A stretch of DNA of 64,000 bases, taken from contig CAVYKI010000009.1 of NCBI GenBank assembly GCA_963769025.1, positions 1,216,001 through 1,280,000 on the forward strand, read 5' to 3'. Position numbers and translations under genes: made by a program. Origin of the DNA: an uncultured Verrucomicrobiae bacterium (GTDB lineage Bacteria; Verrucomicrobiota; Verrucomicrobiia; Chthoniobacterales; Chthoniobacteraceae). A model generated the notes under the pieces. The model ran no database searches and was not told where the DNA came from. It saw only the letters and a program-made list of their open reading frames with translations. Positions 31,251 to 42,722 of the stretch are shown one piece after another (position 1 is the stretch's first letter; every line of letters begins with the position of its first letter).

Positions 31251-31413
31251 CCTCGGAAAACGCCTGTTTTCCGGCTTGGCCGCCCTGATTACCCCCGCGC
31301 CCGCGATGGCGGCGTGGGATGAAGGGGCCTGGGATGATGGATTCTGGGACACGCCGACGCCGCCCGCCTTTCCGCTGATTCCGCAGGCCAAAAAACCAAC
31401 CAACCGAAAAACC

Positions 31414-32334
31414 ATGGCTACAAACCCAACCCCCGATGACGATGACGTGCTCATCTCCCTGACCGAAGAACTCGCCGACGGCTGCCACCTGCACGAGGTG
31501 GCCCTCGGCATCAAGCAACAGACCGAGGCGGTCATGCGCGCCGGCCTGCTGGCGTCCAAGACCGCCCTCCTGGGCCTCGGCGCCGCGCGCGTGCTGGTGG
31601 ACCAGAAGAACGACCTCTTCCAGGCGGCGGACGCCGCGGGCGAGACCGTGCTGAAGAACTGCCGCCTGCGGCTGGTGAAACTCTTCGGCACGCAATACAA
31701 CTCCAACTGGCAGGCCGCGGGCTGGCCCGACCAGTCCACGAAAATCCCGCTCAGCCAGGACAAGCGCCTGACGCTGCTCGGCGCGCTGGATCTCTACTTC
31801 ACCGCCAATCCCTCCGCGGAGAGCGAGGACATGGACGCGACCGCCGCCATCTGCCACACCGCGCACGAGGCCATCAGCGATGCGCGGGGCGCGGTGAATG
31901 TGGCGGATTCCGGAGTGACGACGGCGAAGAACACGCTGACGAGCACGATGAAGACCCTGCGCAAGCGGGTGCGCGGCCTCATCGTGGAACTGGGCACGCT
32001 CATGGCCGACGATGACGCGCGCTGGGAGCAGTTCGGCCTGAACATCCCGGCCAACCCCTCGGCCCCCGAGGCGATCGAAGACCTCACGCTCACCGCACTC
32101 GGCGGCGCCAGGGTGCTCGCGCAATGGCCCTACGCCACGCGGATGACGGGCACGCGCATCATGCTGAAGCGCATCGGCACGGACGACGACCCGGTCTCCG
32201 CCGGCAGCGTCGGCGGCCTGGAAAAAGTGCTCGCCGCCCTGACGGTCGGCCAGACCATCGAGGTCTTTGTCATCGCCCACAACGACGGCGGCGACGCCGC
32301 ACCGAGCCCCACGAAGAGCGTGGTGGTGACGTGA
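31414..32334 (+). CDS. Helical-bundle protein with C-terminal fibronectin type III-like domain (possible in-frame upstream start at 31306)
   Basis: A/C-rich leader before ATG 31414; long amphipathic helices with W..AGW and W..FGL motifs; C-terminal P....L.L...G...V...W......L..G....V.V.AHNDGG...PS Fn3-like pattern. Confidence 0.75.
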   Translation: MATNPTPDDDDVLISLTEELADGCHLHEVALGIKQQTEAVMRAGLLASKTALLGLGAARVLVDQKNDLFQAADAAGETVLKNCRLRLVKLFGTQYNSNWQAAGWPDQSTKIPLSQDKRLTLLGALDLYFTANPSAESEDMDATAAICHTAHEAISDARGAVNVADSGVTTAKNTLTSTMKTLRKRVRGLIVELGTLMADDDARWEQFGLNIPANPSAPEAIEDLTLTALGGARVLAQWPYATRMTGTRIMLKRIGTDDDPVSAGSVGGLEKVLAALTVGQTIEVFVIAHNDGGDAAPSPTKSVVVT

Positions 32335-32339
32335 TAGCC

Positions 32340-32450
32340 GAAGGATGAAGGATGAAGGATGAAGGCGGAAGGGTGAAGTCCCCCCGTTTTTCCGCGGTCG
32401 TTTCTGCCTTCCTTCATCCCTCGTCCTTCATCCTTCATCCTTCATCCTTT
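32340..32450. repeat. Inverted heptamer repeats (GGATGAA)n ... (TTCATCC)n hairpin
   Basis: GAAGGATGAAGGATGAAGGATGAAGG...CCTTCATCCTTCATCCTTCATCCTT. Confidence 0.85.
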
Positions 32451-32457
32451 GCCCCCC

Positions 32458-33054
32458 ATGCCCTTCGACCCCTCCAAGCCCGCCGACCGCTCGCCAAACT
32501 CGGCCGCCGAAATGCGCGCGCAACTCATCGGGCTGAAAGACCTCATGGACGCCATCCCCGGGATCACCTCCGCGGTGGTGGATTCGGTGACGACGCTCAA
32601 TCCCGGCGAATCGGCGACGGCGACGTTCACCCTCATCGGCACTGTGCTGCACATCAGCCTCGCGCTCCCGCGCGGCGCGGACGGCATCCCCGGCCTGCAA
32701 GGCGAGGTGGGGTCGCAGGGACCGCCGTTTGCCAATGCGGTCATCGACAGCGTCACGACGCTGAACCCCGGGGACAACGCGACGGTGTCGGTGACCTTCG
32801 ACGGGAACTCGGTGCATTTCAGCTTTGGCATTCCGCGCGGGGCGCAGGGGGAACCGGGGCCGCCGGGGCAGCCGGGCGAGGTGACAAATGCGGACATGGC
32901 CAATGCGATTTCCTCGGTCATCGCCGGCACCTCGAACAACACGAACTCGGTCCCCACGATGGACACGCCCTTCACCAACGACCCGCTCTCGCTGGCCGAT
33001 GGCGAGCTGCTGCGGGCGAACTACAACGCACTCGTCCTCGCGCTGCGCCGGTAG
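32458..33054 (+). CDS. Collagen-like / phage fibre-like protein
   Basis: Two copies of A(V)(V/I)DSVTTLNPG..AT.....G...H.S...PRG, each followed by short G-X-Y runs (GADGIPGLQGEVGSQGPP; GAQGEPGPPGQPGE); C-terminal helix LRANYNALVLALRR. Confidence 0.78.
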   Translation: MPFDPSKPADRSPNSAAEMRAQLIGLKDLMDAIPGITSAVVDSVTTLNPGESATATFTLIGTVLHISLALPRGADGIPGLQGEVGSQGPPFANAVIDSVTTLNPGDNATVSVTFDGNSVHFSFGIPRGAQGEPGPPGQPGEVTNADMANAISSVIAGTSNNTNSVPTMDTPFTNDPLSLADGELLRANYNALVLALRR

Positions 33055-33062
33055 GCGGCGCC

Positions 33063-33199
33063 CCTGGACTGCGGCAGCTCGCTGCCGCTTTCGGCTTCGA
33101 GGCTTGCCGAGAAGGGGGCTGGGGCGGGTGCTCCGATCCCCGCCGCACTCGCCAAGGCTCGCCTGCCACAAAGCGGCGGCGAGCCTCCGCAGTCCAAGG
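33063..33199. repeat. REP-like inverted repeat pair between convergent genes
   Basis: CCTGGACTGCGGCAGCTCGCTGCCGCTTT ... AAAGCGGCGGCGAGCCTCCGCAGTCCAAGG; each arm is itself palindromic. Confidence 0.78.
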
Positions 33200-33211
33200 C
33201 GGTGAGCGGAT

Positions 33212-35125
33212 TCACACCGTGCGCAAACCGCGCCGGAGCACCAGCGCGCCCGCGATCCATAGCACAAGCAGCGGCGCGACGCTCCACCGGCTGCGCGGGA
33301 AGAACAGCTCGCCCGCGTTGAACGAACTCCACCGCGCCGCTTCGGAATGCGCAGGGAATTGCCGGAAGTAGGTGCCGTCCCACGGGCCAATCACATTCGT
33401 GGACACAGGCCCGTCGATGGCGGCGATCCAGAGCGGTTCGGGTTCGCCGCGCATGACTTTCTCCCAGCCCTCGCTACGCAGCTTTGCCACTTGCGCATCG
33501 AGTGCATCGCCAGTCAGCCCCTTCTTCGCCAATCCCGCGCGCTCCTTTCCGATCCATTCGTCGAACTTCGCATCGATCACCGGCCACGCGCGGTCGCGCG
33601 CAAACATCGGCCACGCGTAACGCCAGACAATGCTGTTGCCGGCGAGCTTCTCCTTCCACTCGCCGGGATGGTCCACCCAGACGTGGGCTCCCAAGCCGAG
33701 CGGATTCAGCGCGTCGGTGATCGTCAGCAGCGATTGCTGGGCGATGCTCACCGCGGCAAGGAGGGTCGTCGGACGCGGCCAGCGGACGAAGGCGCCGGCG
33801 AGCGGAATGCAGACGAAAGGCAGCGCGGGAATGAGGTAGCGCGGCCCGGCTGTGAACCCGCCGTGAAAGCCGTTGAAGCAAATGTTGATGAGAAAAAAAT
33901 ACGCGGCGCATGCGAGAATCAGCCGGCGCTCGGCGACGAGCGTCTCCATTTTCCAGCGGCCAATCAGACACGCCAGGGCCAGGATGAGGACCGGCGAGAG
34001 GATGAACACGCCGCGCCACGGCGAGACGGTGATAACCACCGTGGCAAACCACGACGGCCACGAAAACATGCCGAGGAATGCCGGGGCGATTTCCTTGAAC
34101 GCCGGATTCTGGAAACTCGTGTTCAATGCAAACGGCGATCCGAATGCCGCGACATTGTACGCCAGCAGCGCGACGAGGCACGGCAGGACGCCGAGCGTGA
34201 AGCGCGCGGCATTGCCCCACTGCAAACGCAGGTCCGCCGGGTCCCCAGCGGGTTCCGCATTCGGACGGTCCGGCACCTGCCGTCGGCGCCTGCAAAGGAG
34301 CCACACGCCGAACATCGCGCCGGGGATGGCGGCAAGGTAGTTCGTCAGCGCCGCGATGCCGGCCCAGACGCCGGAGGAAACCGGCCGTCCATTTCGCGCC
34401 GACGAAAATGACGCGAGAAGAAGAACGGCCGTCACGTTGTGGTCGAACATCAGCGTCGCAAACGGGAAGAACGTCGTCCCAAAGCCGAATGCCAGCGCGG
34501 CTCCGAGCGCGGCAGCGGGATGGCCCGGATACAATTGCGCCGCGACCCGGAGCACGAGCACGACGCCGAGCGCGGAGACGAGCCCCACGGTCAGCACGGA
34601 GCAAAGCCACACGTTCACGTTCAGCACCCACCAGTCATCCGGATCGAGCCCGAGCCAGCGCTCGACGTGGTAGAGCACAAAGTACGGCGGCACCGCGAGC
34701 AACGAGGCGCCCGGCGGTTTGTTCGGGTGGAAATGCCCGTCCGGCGCCATGCCGACATCGCCCGTGCAGGTGCCTTCGCCGACGACGACCATCGTCGCGG
34801 TGGGATCGAGCGGCGTGTCGTTCACCGTGAGCTGCTGCCAGTCGGGCTTCTCCTTCGTGCCGACATTCCGCCAGTCGCCCCACGAGAGCTGATGCCGCAC
34901 GCCGCCGTAGCTATATTCCCCGCGCTCCACCTTCGAGCGCACGAGCTTCCGCCCCTCGCCGCGGTGAAAGACCATGTAGTCGTTGATTGCGAGGCGCCCC
35001 TGCTCCACGATGGCGCGCACCTCGGCAAAACGCGCATTCTGGTTCCATCCACCGCCTTGGTGGAACCACGCGAAGGTGATGAAGGACAGCGCGAACAGCA
35101 GCGACTGGAGGCGGCGGGTGGGCAT
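33212..35125 (-). CDS. Polytopic membrane protein, probable GT-C-fold glycosyltransferase
   Basis: Many TM segments; PNKPPGASLLAVPPY, YNVAAFGSP, GPRYLIPALPF motifs. Confidence 0.65.
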   Translation of the reverse strand: MPTRRLQSLLFALSFITFAWFHQGGGWNQNARFAEVRAIVEQGRLAINDYMVFHRGEGRKLVRSKVERGEYSYGGVRHQLSWGDWRNVGTKEKPDWQQLTVNDTPLDPTATMVVVGEGTCTGDVGMAPDGHFHPNKPPGASLLAVPPYFVLYHVERWLGLDPDDWWVLNVNVWLCSVLTVGLVSALGVVLVLRVAAQLYPGHPAAALGAALAFGFGTTFFPFATLMFDHNVTAVLLLASFSSARNGRPVSSGVWAGIAALTNYLAAIPGAMFGVWLLCRRRRQVPDRPNAEPAGDPADLRLQWGNAARFTLGVLPCLVALLAYNVAAFGSPFALNTSFQNPAFKEIAPAFLGMFSWPSWFATVVITVSPWRGVFILSPVLILALACLIGRWKMETLVAERRLILACAAYFFLINICFNGFHGGFTAGPRYLIPALPFVCIPLAGAFVRWPRPTTLLAAVSIAQQSLLTITDALNPLGLGAHVWVDHPGEWKEKLAGNSIVWRYAWPMFARDRAWPVIDAKFDEWIGKERAGLAKKGLTGDALDAQVAKLRSEGWEKVMRGEPEPLWIAAIDGPVSTNVIGPWDGTYFRQFPAHSEAARWSSFNAGELFFPRSRWSVAPLLVLWIAGALVLRRGLRTV

Positions 35126-35225
35126 TGAGGGAAAGACGAATGCCGGATGATGCAGGGCGAAAGAAGCGCGAAATTGCGGCACACACGGCTTGCCTTCGCC
35201 ATCCGTCATCCGTCATCCGTCATCG

Positions 35226-36838
<1,613 letters not shown>

Positions 36839-36842
<4 letters not shown>

Positions 36843-37536
36843 AAAAGATCCTCCTCCTCCTCGTCTGCCTCGTCACCGCTGCGAACGCACAGAAGCCCGA
36901 CGCCAAGCCCCAGCAGCGTGCCCCGAAAAAACCCGACGCCTCGCTCGCTGCGATCACCGACGAACCGGGCCTGCCGCGCGTGCTGCTCATCGGCGACAGC
37001 ATCTCGATCGGCTACACTTTGCCAACGCGCGCATTGCTGAAAGGAAAGGCCAACGTCCACCGCATCCCCACCAACGGCGGATCGACCAGGGACGGCATCG
37101 CAAAAATCGAGAGCTGGCTCGGCACCGGAAAATGGGACGTGATCCATTTCAACTGGGGCCTGCATGACCTGAAGCATTTCAAGGATGGAAAGATGGACCT
37201 GGCCGCGCCGCAGGTTTCATCGCTCGAAGAATACGAGAAGAACCTGCGCGCACTGGTGAAGCGCATGAAGGCCACCGGCGCGAAGCTCATCTGGGCCACA
37301 CACCACTCCGGTGCCCGAGGGAAGCAGCGGCCGCGTGCATGCCGACGAGCTGAAATACAACGCCGCCGCCGCGCGCGTGATGAATGACGAAGGCATCCCG
37401 ACCGACGACCTCCACGCGATCTGCCTGAACAACAGCGGCTGGCAGCTTGCCGCAGAATGTCCATTTCACACCCGAGGGCTCTGCCGGACTCGCGGCGAAG
37501 GTCGCCGCCGAAATCGAGGCCGCGCTGAAGAAGTAG
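36839..37536 (+). CDS. SGNH/GDSL hydrolase; frameshifts near the 3' end
   Basis: VLLIGDSISIGY, HFNWGLHD, LIWATTTPVP (across a shift), NVHF. Confidence 0.85.
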
Positions 37537-37548
37537 GCGCCCGCGCGG

Positions 37549-38160
37549 CTACATCCCGTCAGCGGGGGAATTCACGACTTTCGCGCTCACCACGTAGAAG
37601 AGCTCGCACGCGCCGTTCCCGCTGTCCTCGCGCGTCGTCGAGGAGTTCCACGTCCTGCCTTCCGGGCCGGCGGCATTCACGAGGAAGCCATCCATTTTCA
37701 AAATCTGCCCCACGCGGAGGCCGCGGATCACACCCTTCACTTCGGCGTTCGCGGAGATGAGGTGATTGTTCGCGGCGGAGACCTTGATCTCCTCCGGCGG
37801 AATCGCCGGCTGGTCTGCCCACTCGTAGAAAAAGAACCGGTTGCCCATGCTGATCTCGAATTGATCGAGCACGGCCTGATCGGTCATCCGCTTCCAGCCG
37901 ATGGCGACGTCGATCGGCACAAGGTCGGAATTGGGATCGCCGTAATAGCGCTTGGTGCCCAGCACCCGGCCGCGCACGTGATACTCGGCGACTGCGGTGA
38001 GATTCCAGCCGGCGACGGTCCCGAGCGATTTCCACGGGATGTCCGTTTGCGCCGGCGGCTCCGGCACGAGCACGCCTGCCGGATGCGTGATGGGTCGCCG
38101 GGACATGAACAGCCAGACCGCTCCCGACAGCAGGAGCAGGAAGACAAGTTTCGGGAGCAT
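37549..38160 (-). CDS. Conserved hypothetical membrane-anchored protein
   Basis: N-terminal TM; P.DVAIGW, ANNHLI, W.SST.REDSG.GACE.FYV. Confidence 0.72.
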   Translation of the reverse strand: MLPKLVFLLLLSGAVWLFMSRRPITHPAGVLVPEPPAQTDIPWKSLGTVAGWNLTAVAEYHVRGRVLGTKRYYGDPNSDLVPIDVAIGWKRMTDQAVLDQFEISMGNRFFFYEWADQPAIPPEEIKVSAANNHLISANAEVKGVIRGLRVGQILKMDGFLVNAAGPEGRTWNSSTTREDSGNGACELFYVVSAKVVNSPADGM

Positions 38161-38275
38161 CCGGATGAACATCGCCATCACCCCCTCCAAAGCAAAACCG
38201 ATGCCGCGGGCCGTGGCGCGGCCCGGCGAGGAATCACGATTGCACAGCCGCGGCCCGCTGTTCAGCGTCCGCCCC

Positions 38276-39089
38276 ATGAAGCGCATCCTCTCCCTCATCG
38301 CACTCACCCTCGGCATTGCCGGACTTTTCACGCCCTCCCGAGCCGCCGACGAAAAGACCAAATCCGCTCCGCGCCCTGATGGTCTGCGGCGGATGCTGCC
38401 ACGACTACACGAGCCAGAAGAAGATCCTCTCCGAGGGCATCACCGCGCAGGCGAACGTCGAGTGGACCATCGTGCAGGAAGGCGCGCCGAAGGGTGCGGA
38501 CGAACGCAGCCATCGCGTGAGCATTTACGAGAAGCCCGAGTGGTGGAAAGGCTACGACGTCGTGGTCCACAACGAATGCTTCGGCATGGTCGCGGACAAC
38601 GCATTCATCGAGGGCATCACCGCCGCGCACAAGGCCGGCGTGCCCGCGGTCTTCCTGCATTGCTCGTCGCACAGCTACCGCGCTGGCACGACCGACGAGT
38701 GGCGCAAGTGCGTCGGCATCACGTCACGCAGCCATGAGAAAAACCGCGACCTGACAGTGAAGGTGATCAAGGCCGATCATCCCGTGATGAAAGGCTTCCC
38801 CGCCGAGTGGCTCAACCCGAAGGACGAACTCTACAAAAACGAATTCGTCTGGCCGAACACCGTGCCGCTCGCGAAGGCGTACGGCGAGGACACGAAGCAG
38901 GACCACACGGTAATCTGGGTGAACACCTATGAAGGCACGCGCGTATTCACCACGACGCTCGGACACAACAATTCCACGATGGCCGCGCCGGAGTTCCTCG
39001 GTCTCGTCACGCGCGGCCTGCTGTGGGCGTGCGGCAAGCTGACCGATGACGGCAAGCCCGCCGCAGGATTCGGCCCCGGAGGAAAGTAG
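38276..39089 (+). CDS. ThuA-like domain protein; frameshift after the signal peptide
   Basis: GGCCHDY, YDVVVHNEC, HPVMKG...DELY, RVFTTTLGH. Confidence 0.82.
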
Positions 39090-39149
39090 CACCCCGGCCG
39101 GAAAAGGGACGTTGCATCGCGCGCAAGGCGGTTGCTAGCGTCGCGCCTC

Positions 39150-39483
39150 ATGACCACCCCGCCCCCCTCCGACTGGACGCGGATCGCAAACGATCCCGCA
39201 TTTCTGGAACTCAAACGGGCGCGCAGGCGGTTCACCATTCCCGCGACGATCTTCTTCCTCGTGTATTACACCGCGCTGCCGGTGCTCGTCGGGCTTCTTC
39301 CCGGAGCTCATGAAAAAGCCGGTCTTCGGCAAGGTGAACGGCGCATACCTTTTCGCCCTCTCTCAATTCATCATGACGTGGGTGCTCTGCGGCATGTACG
39401 TCCGCGTGGCGCGCCGCTGGGATGCGATGAACGCCGCCCTGCTCTCGCGCCTCGCACCATCCAACGTCACGACCTCGAACTAG
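39150..39483 (+). CDS. DUF485 (YjcH-like) small membrane protein; frameshift
   Basis: F.EL.R.RRRF..P...FFL.YY; FALSQF...W....YVR.A..WD; immediately upstream of actP. Confidence 0.8.
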
Positions 39484-39490
39484 TCCGCCA

Positions 39491-41103
39491 ATGCTCTTCA
39501 CCCTCGCATTCATCAAGCCCGCGCTCGGGCTCTTCCTCGGTTTCGTGGCGCTGACGCTCGTCATCACCTATTTCAGCGCGCGCAAGGCCAAGGGCAGCGC
39601 GGCCTATTTCGCCGCGGGGCGCAGCATCACCGGCTGGCAGAACGGCCTCGCCGTCGCGGGCGACTACATGAGCGCCGCGAGCTTCCTCGGCATCAGCGGC
39701 ATCATCTGCCTGAAGGGCTACGACGGCTTCATGTACACCGTCGGCTTCCTCGTCGCCTACCTCACGGTGCTCTTCCTCGTCGCCGAGCCGCTGCGCAATG
39801 CGGGCAAGTACACGATGGCCGATCTGCTCGCCTACCGGCTCAGCCCGCGGCCGGTGCGCGCGATGGCTTCGCTCTGCACGCTCACCGTTTCCACGTTCTA
39901 CATGATCGCGCAGATGGTCGGCGCGGGCGGGATCATCAAGGTGCTCATCGGCGTCGACTTCGTGCCCGCGGTGATCGGCGTCGGCGTGCTGATGCTCGTC
40001 TATGTCGTCTTCGGCGGCATGCTCGCGACGACCTGGGTGCAGATCATCAAGGCCATCCTGCTCATGGCCGGCGCATTCGCGCTGAGCTGGATGGTGCTCG
40101 GCAAGCACGACTACAGCCTCACGACTTTCTTCGACGCCGTCTCCGCCGCCGACTACGCCGGCACCAAGGCGCCCGTGAATCTCCTCGATCCCGGCCTCGC
40201 CTACGGCGCGACCGAGAAAAATCCGTGGGGCGCCGTGGACTTCCTCTCGCTCGCGCTCGGCCTCGTGCTCGGCACCGCCGGACTGCCGCACATCCTCGTC
40301 CGCTTTTACACCGTGCCGGATGCAAAGACCGCGCGCGTCTCCGTCGTCTGGGCCACGGCGATCATCGGCGTCTTTTACATCCTCACCACGTTCTTCGGAT
40401 TCGGCGCGGCGACTCTGCTGAAAATCACCGACATCCCGCTCGACGCCGCAGGCAAGCCGGACGGCAACATGGTCGCGCCCATCCTCGCGCAGGTGCTCGG
40501 CGGCGAATGGTTCTTCGCGTTCATCAGCGCGGTGGCCTTCGCCACGATCCTCGCGGTGGTCGCCGGCCTGACGATGAGCGCCTCGACTTCCTTCGCGCAC
40601 GATTTCTTCACGAACGTCATCCACCACGGCAAGGAGCACCGGCCCGGCGAGGAGGTGTTCGTCGCGCGCATCACGGCGTTCGTCGTCGGCGCCATGTCCA
40701 TCTTCCTCGCCATCCAGCTCCGCTCGCTGAACGTCGCCTTCCTCGTCGGACTCGCCTTCGCCGTCGCGGCGTCGGCGAATCTCCCGGTGATCCTGATGAG
40801 CATTTTCTGGAAGCGCTTCAACACCACCGGCGCGGTCGCCGGACTCGCCGTCGGCCTCGGCAGCAGCATGCTGCTGATCATTCTCAGCCCGTCCATCATG
40901 GACCCGAGCGGCGCCGCTTCATCAAGGCCGAGCCGATTTTCCCGCTGCGAAACCCCGGCATCGTGAGCATCCCGCTCGGCTTCCTCGCCGCATGGATCGG
41001 CACGCTTCTCGGCGCGCGCGATCCGCACGCGGAAGCGAAGTTCGACGAACTCAACGTCCGCGCGACGACCGGCCTCGGCGCGGAGAAGGCGACTTCGCAC
41101 TGA
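39491..41103 (+). CDS. actP: Cation/acetate symporter (SSS family); frameshift near 40920
   Basis: ITGWQNGLAVAGDYMSAASFLG, GTAGLPHILVRFYTVP, AVAFATILAVVAGL, AASANLP, NPGIVSIP. Confidence 0.9.
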
Positions 41104-41119
41104 CCTTCGCCTTCGCACC

Positions 41120-42271
41120 CAGCAGCGACCCGCCGGCTTGAAGAGCCGCGCGTGTTCGTCGAGCAGGTAGCGGTCGGTCATTCCCGACACGTAGTCGCAC
41201 ACGGTGCGATGCACGCCACCCTCCCGGACCCGGCGCGCGGTCGCCTCGCCGAGCAGCGCGGGCTTTTTCAGGTACGCCGTGAACACATCGCCGAGCATCT
41301 CGCACGCGGCGGTGTTCGCCCCGGCGACGCTCGGGTGGTAGTAGAGTTTCTTGTACAGGAATTTCCGGAGCTGCTGGTTCGCGCGGCGGAGCGAGTCGCT
41401 GTAGGCGATGAGCGGCTTCGAGTAGGCACGCACCTCGTCGGCGCTGCGCACCCCTGCCGCATCGATGCGCGCGGAACTGGTGCGGATGACATCGGCCACC
41501 TGCCGGTCGATCATGCACCGGATGACGTATGCCCGCAGCTCGGCACCCTTGAGCCTCGGGAAAATTGCCGCGCACCTCCGCCTCCGTCTCCTGCCACGCG
41601 TGCAGCTCCGCGAGTTGCTTCGGGTCGAGCAGACGGAAGTCGAGCCCGTCATCGATGTCGTGGCTGTAGTAGGTGATTTCATCCGCGAGGTTCGCCACCT
41701 GCGCCTCGAGCGAAGGCTGCGAGGTCCGCTTCCCGCCGGGCTTCGCACTTTCATAAAAGCGCGCGTGCTTCTGCAGTCCCTCGCGCACCTCGTGGCTGAG
41801 GTTCAGGCCGGGGAACTTCGGGTAGCGCGTCTCGATCACATCCACGATGCGCAGGCTCTGCTCGTTGTGATCAAAGCCGCCGTGATCGCACATCAGTTCA
41901 TCCAGCGTCTCCTCGCCGGTGTGGCCGAATGGCGGATGCCCGAGGTCGTGCGCGAGCGCGATGGCCTCGGCGAGATCCTCGTTCAGCCCGAGCGCGCGCG
42001 CGACGGTGCGCGTGATGTTTGCCACCTCGAAGGTGTGCGTGAGCCGCGTGCGCAGGTGATCGCCCGTGCCGTTGAGAAAAACCTGCGTCTTATATTCCAG
42101 CCGCCGGAACGCGCGGCTGTGGATGACGCGCGCGCGGTCGCGCTGGTAGTCCGTGCGATGCGGATGCTTCGGCTCGGGATAGGCGCGCCCCTCGGAGTCG
42201 CCCGACTTTTGCGCGTAAGGTGCGAGCACCACGCGCTCCTGCGCCTCGAGCTCCACCCGCGTGCGGATCAC
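41120..42271 (-). CDS. dgt: Deoxyguanosinetriphosphate triphosphohydrolase (HD family); frameshift, 3' end approximate
   Basis: YQRDRARVIHSRAFRRLEYKTQVF, RTRLTHT, AHDLGHPPFGH.GE, ADEITY..HDIDDG, DYVSGMTDRY. Confidence 0.92.
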
Positions 42272-42585
42272 TTCGGCTCCCCCTTTGTCTTCTCGTCGAT
42301 CTCCGCGATCTCCCGCTCCAGCCGCGCCCGCATCGCGCGCGCTGTCGCACGGATGATCAGGATGTCAAAAACCGCGAGCAGCACGCCCGTGAGCGTGATC
42401 CACCCGCACAGCGCCCAATAGATGAAGTAGAGCCACACGTGCTGCCTCGCCCACTCGTCCGACATCAGCCACGACCCGAGGAAGAGCATCACCAGCGCCA
42501 CCGACATCAGCCACAGCATCACATTCCGCCGCGTCCTCGTGTCACGGAGGACGCCTTTGGTGAGCAGAATGACGAGGCGGAACAT
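42268..42585 (-). CDS. Small hypothetical membrane protein
   Basis: Two hydrophobic helices; GTGA overlap with dgt. Confidence 0.65.
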   Translation of the reverse strand: MFRLVILLTKGVLRDTRTRRNVMLWLMSVALVMLFLGSWLMSDEWARQHVWLYFIYWALCGWITLTGVLLAVFDILIIRATARAMRARLEREIAEIDEKTKGEPK

Positions 42586-42722
42586 GATCGATGTTTCGTT
42601 CTCCGCCCGCGCAACGTCGAGAAAAGAAACCGGCTTCGCCTTCTCCGCGTTCCCTCTCTCCATCTCCGTTTCAAAAGGAACCTTGGCCGCCCGGGCCGCC
42701 TGCGATACCTCGTGTCAAAGCC

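Noticed and set aside
30185..33054. Prophage
   Set aside because: Only a fibre-like gene is present; there are no capsid, portal, terminase, lysis or replication genes.
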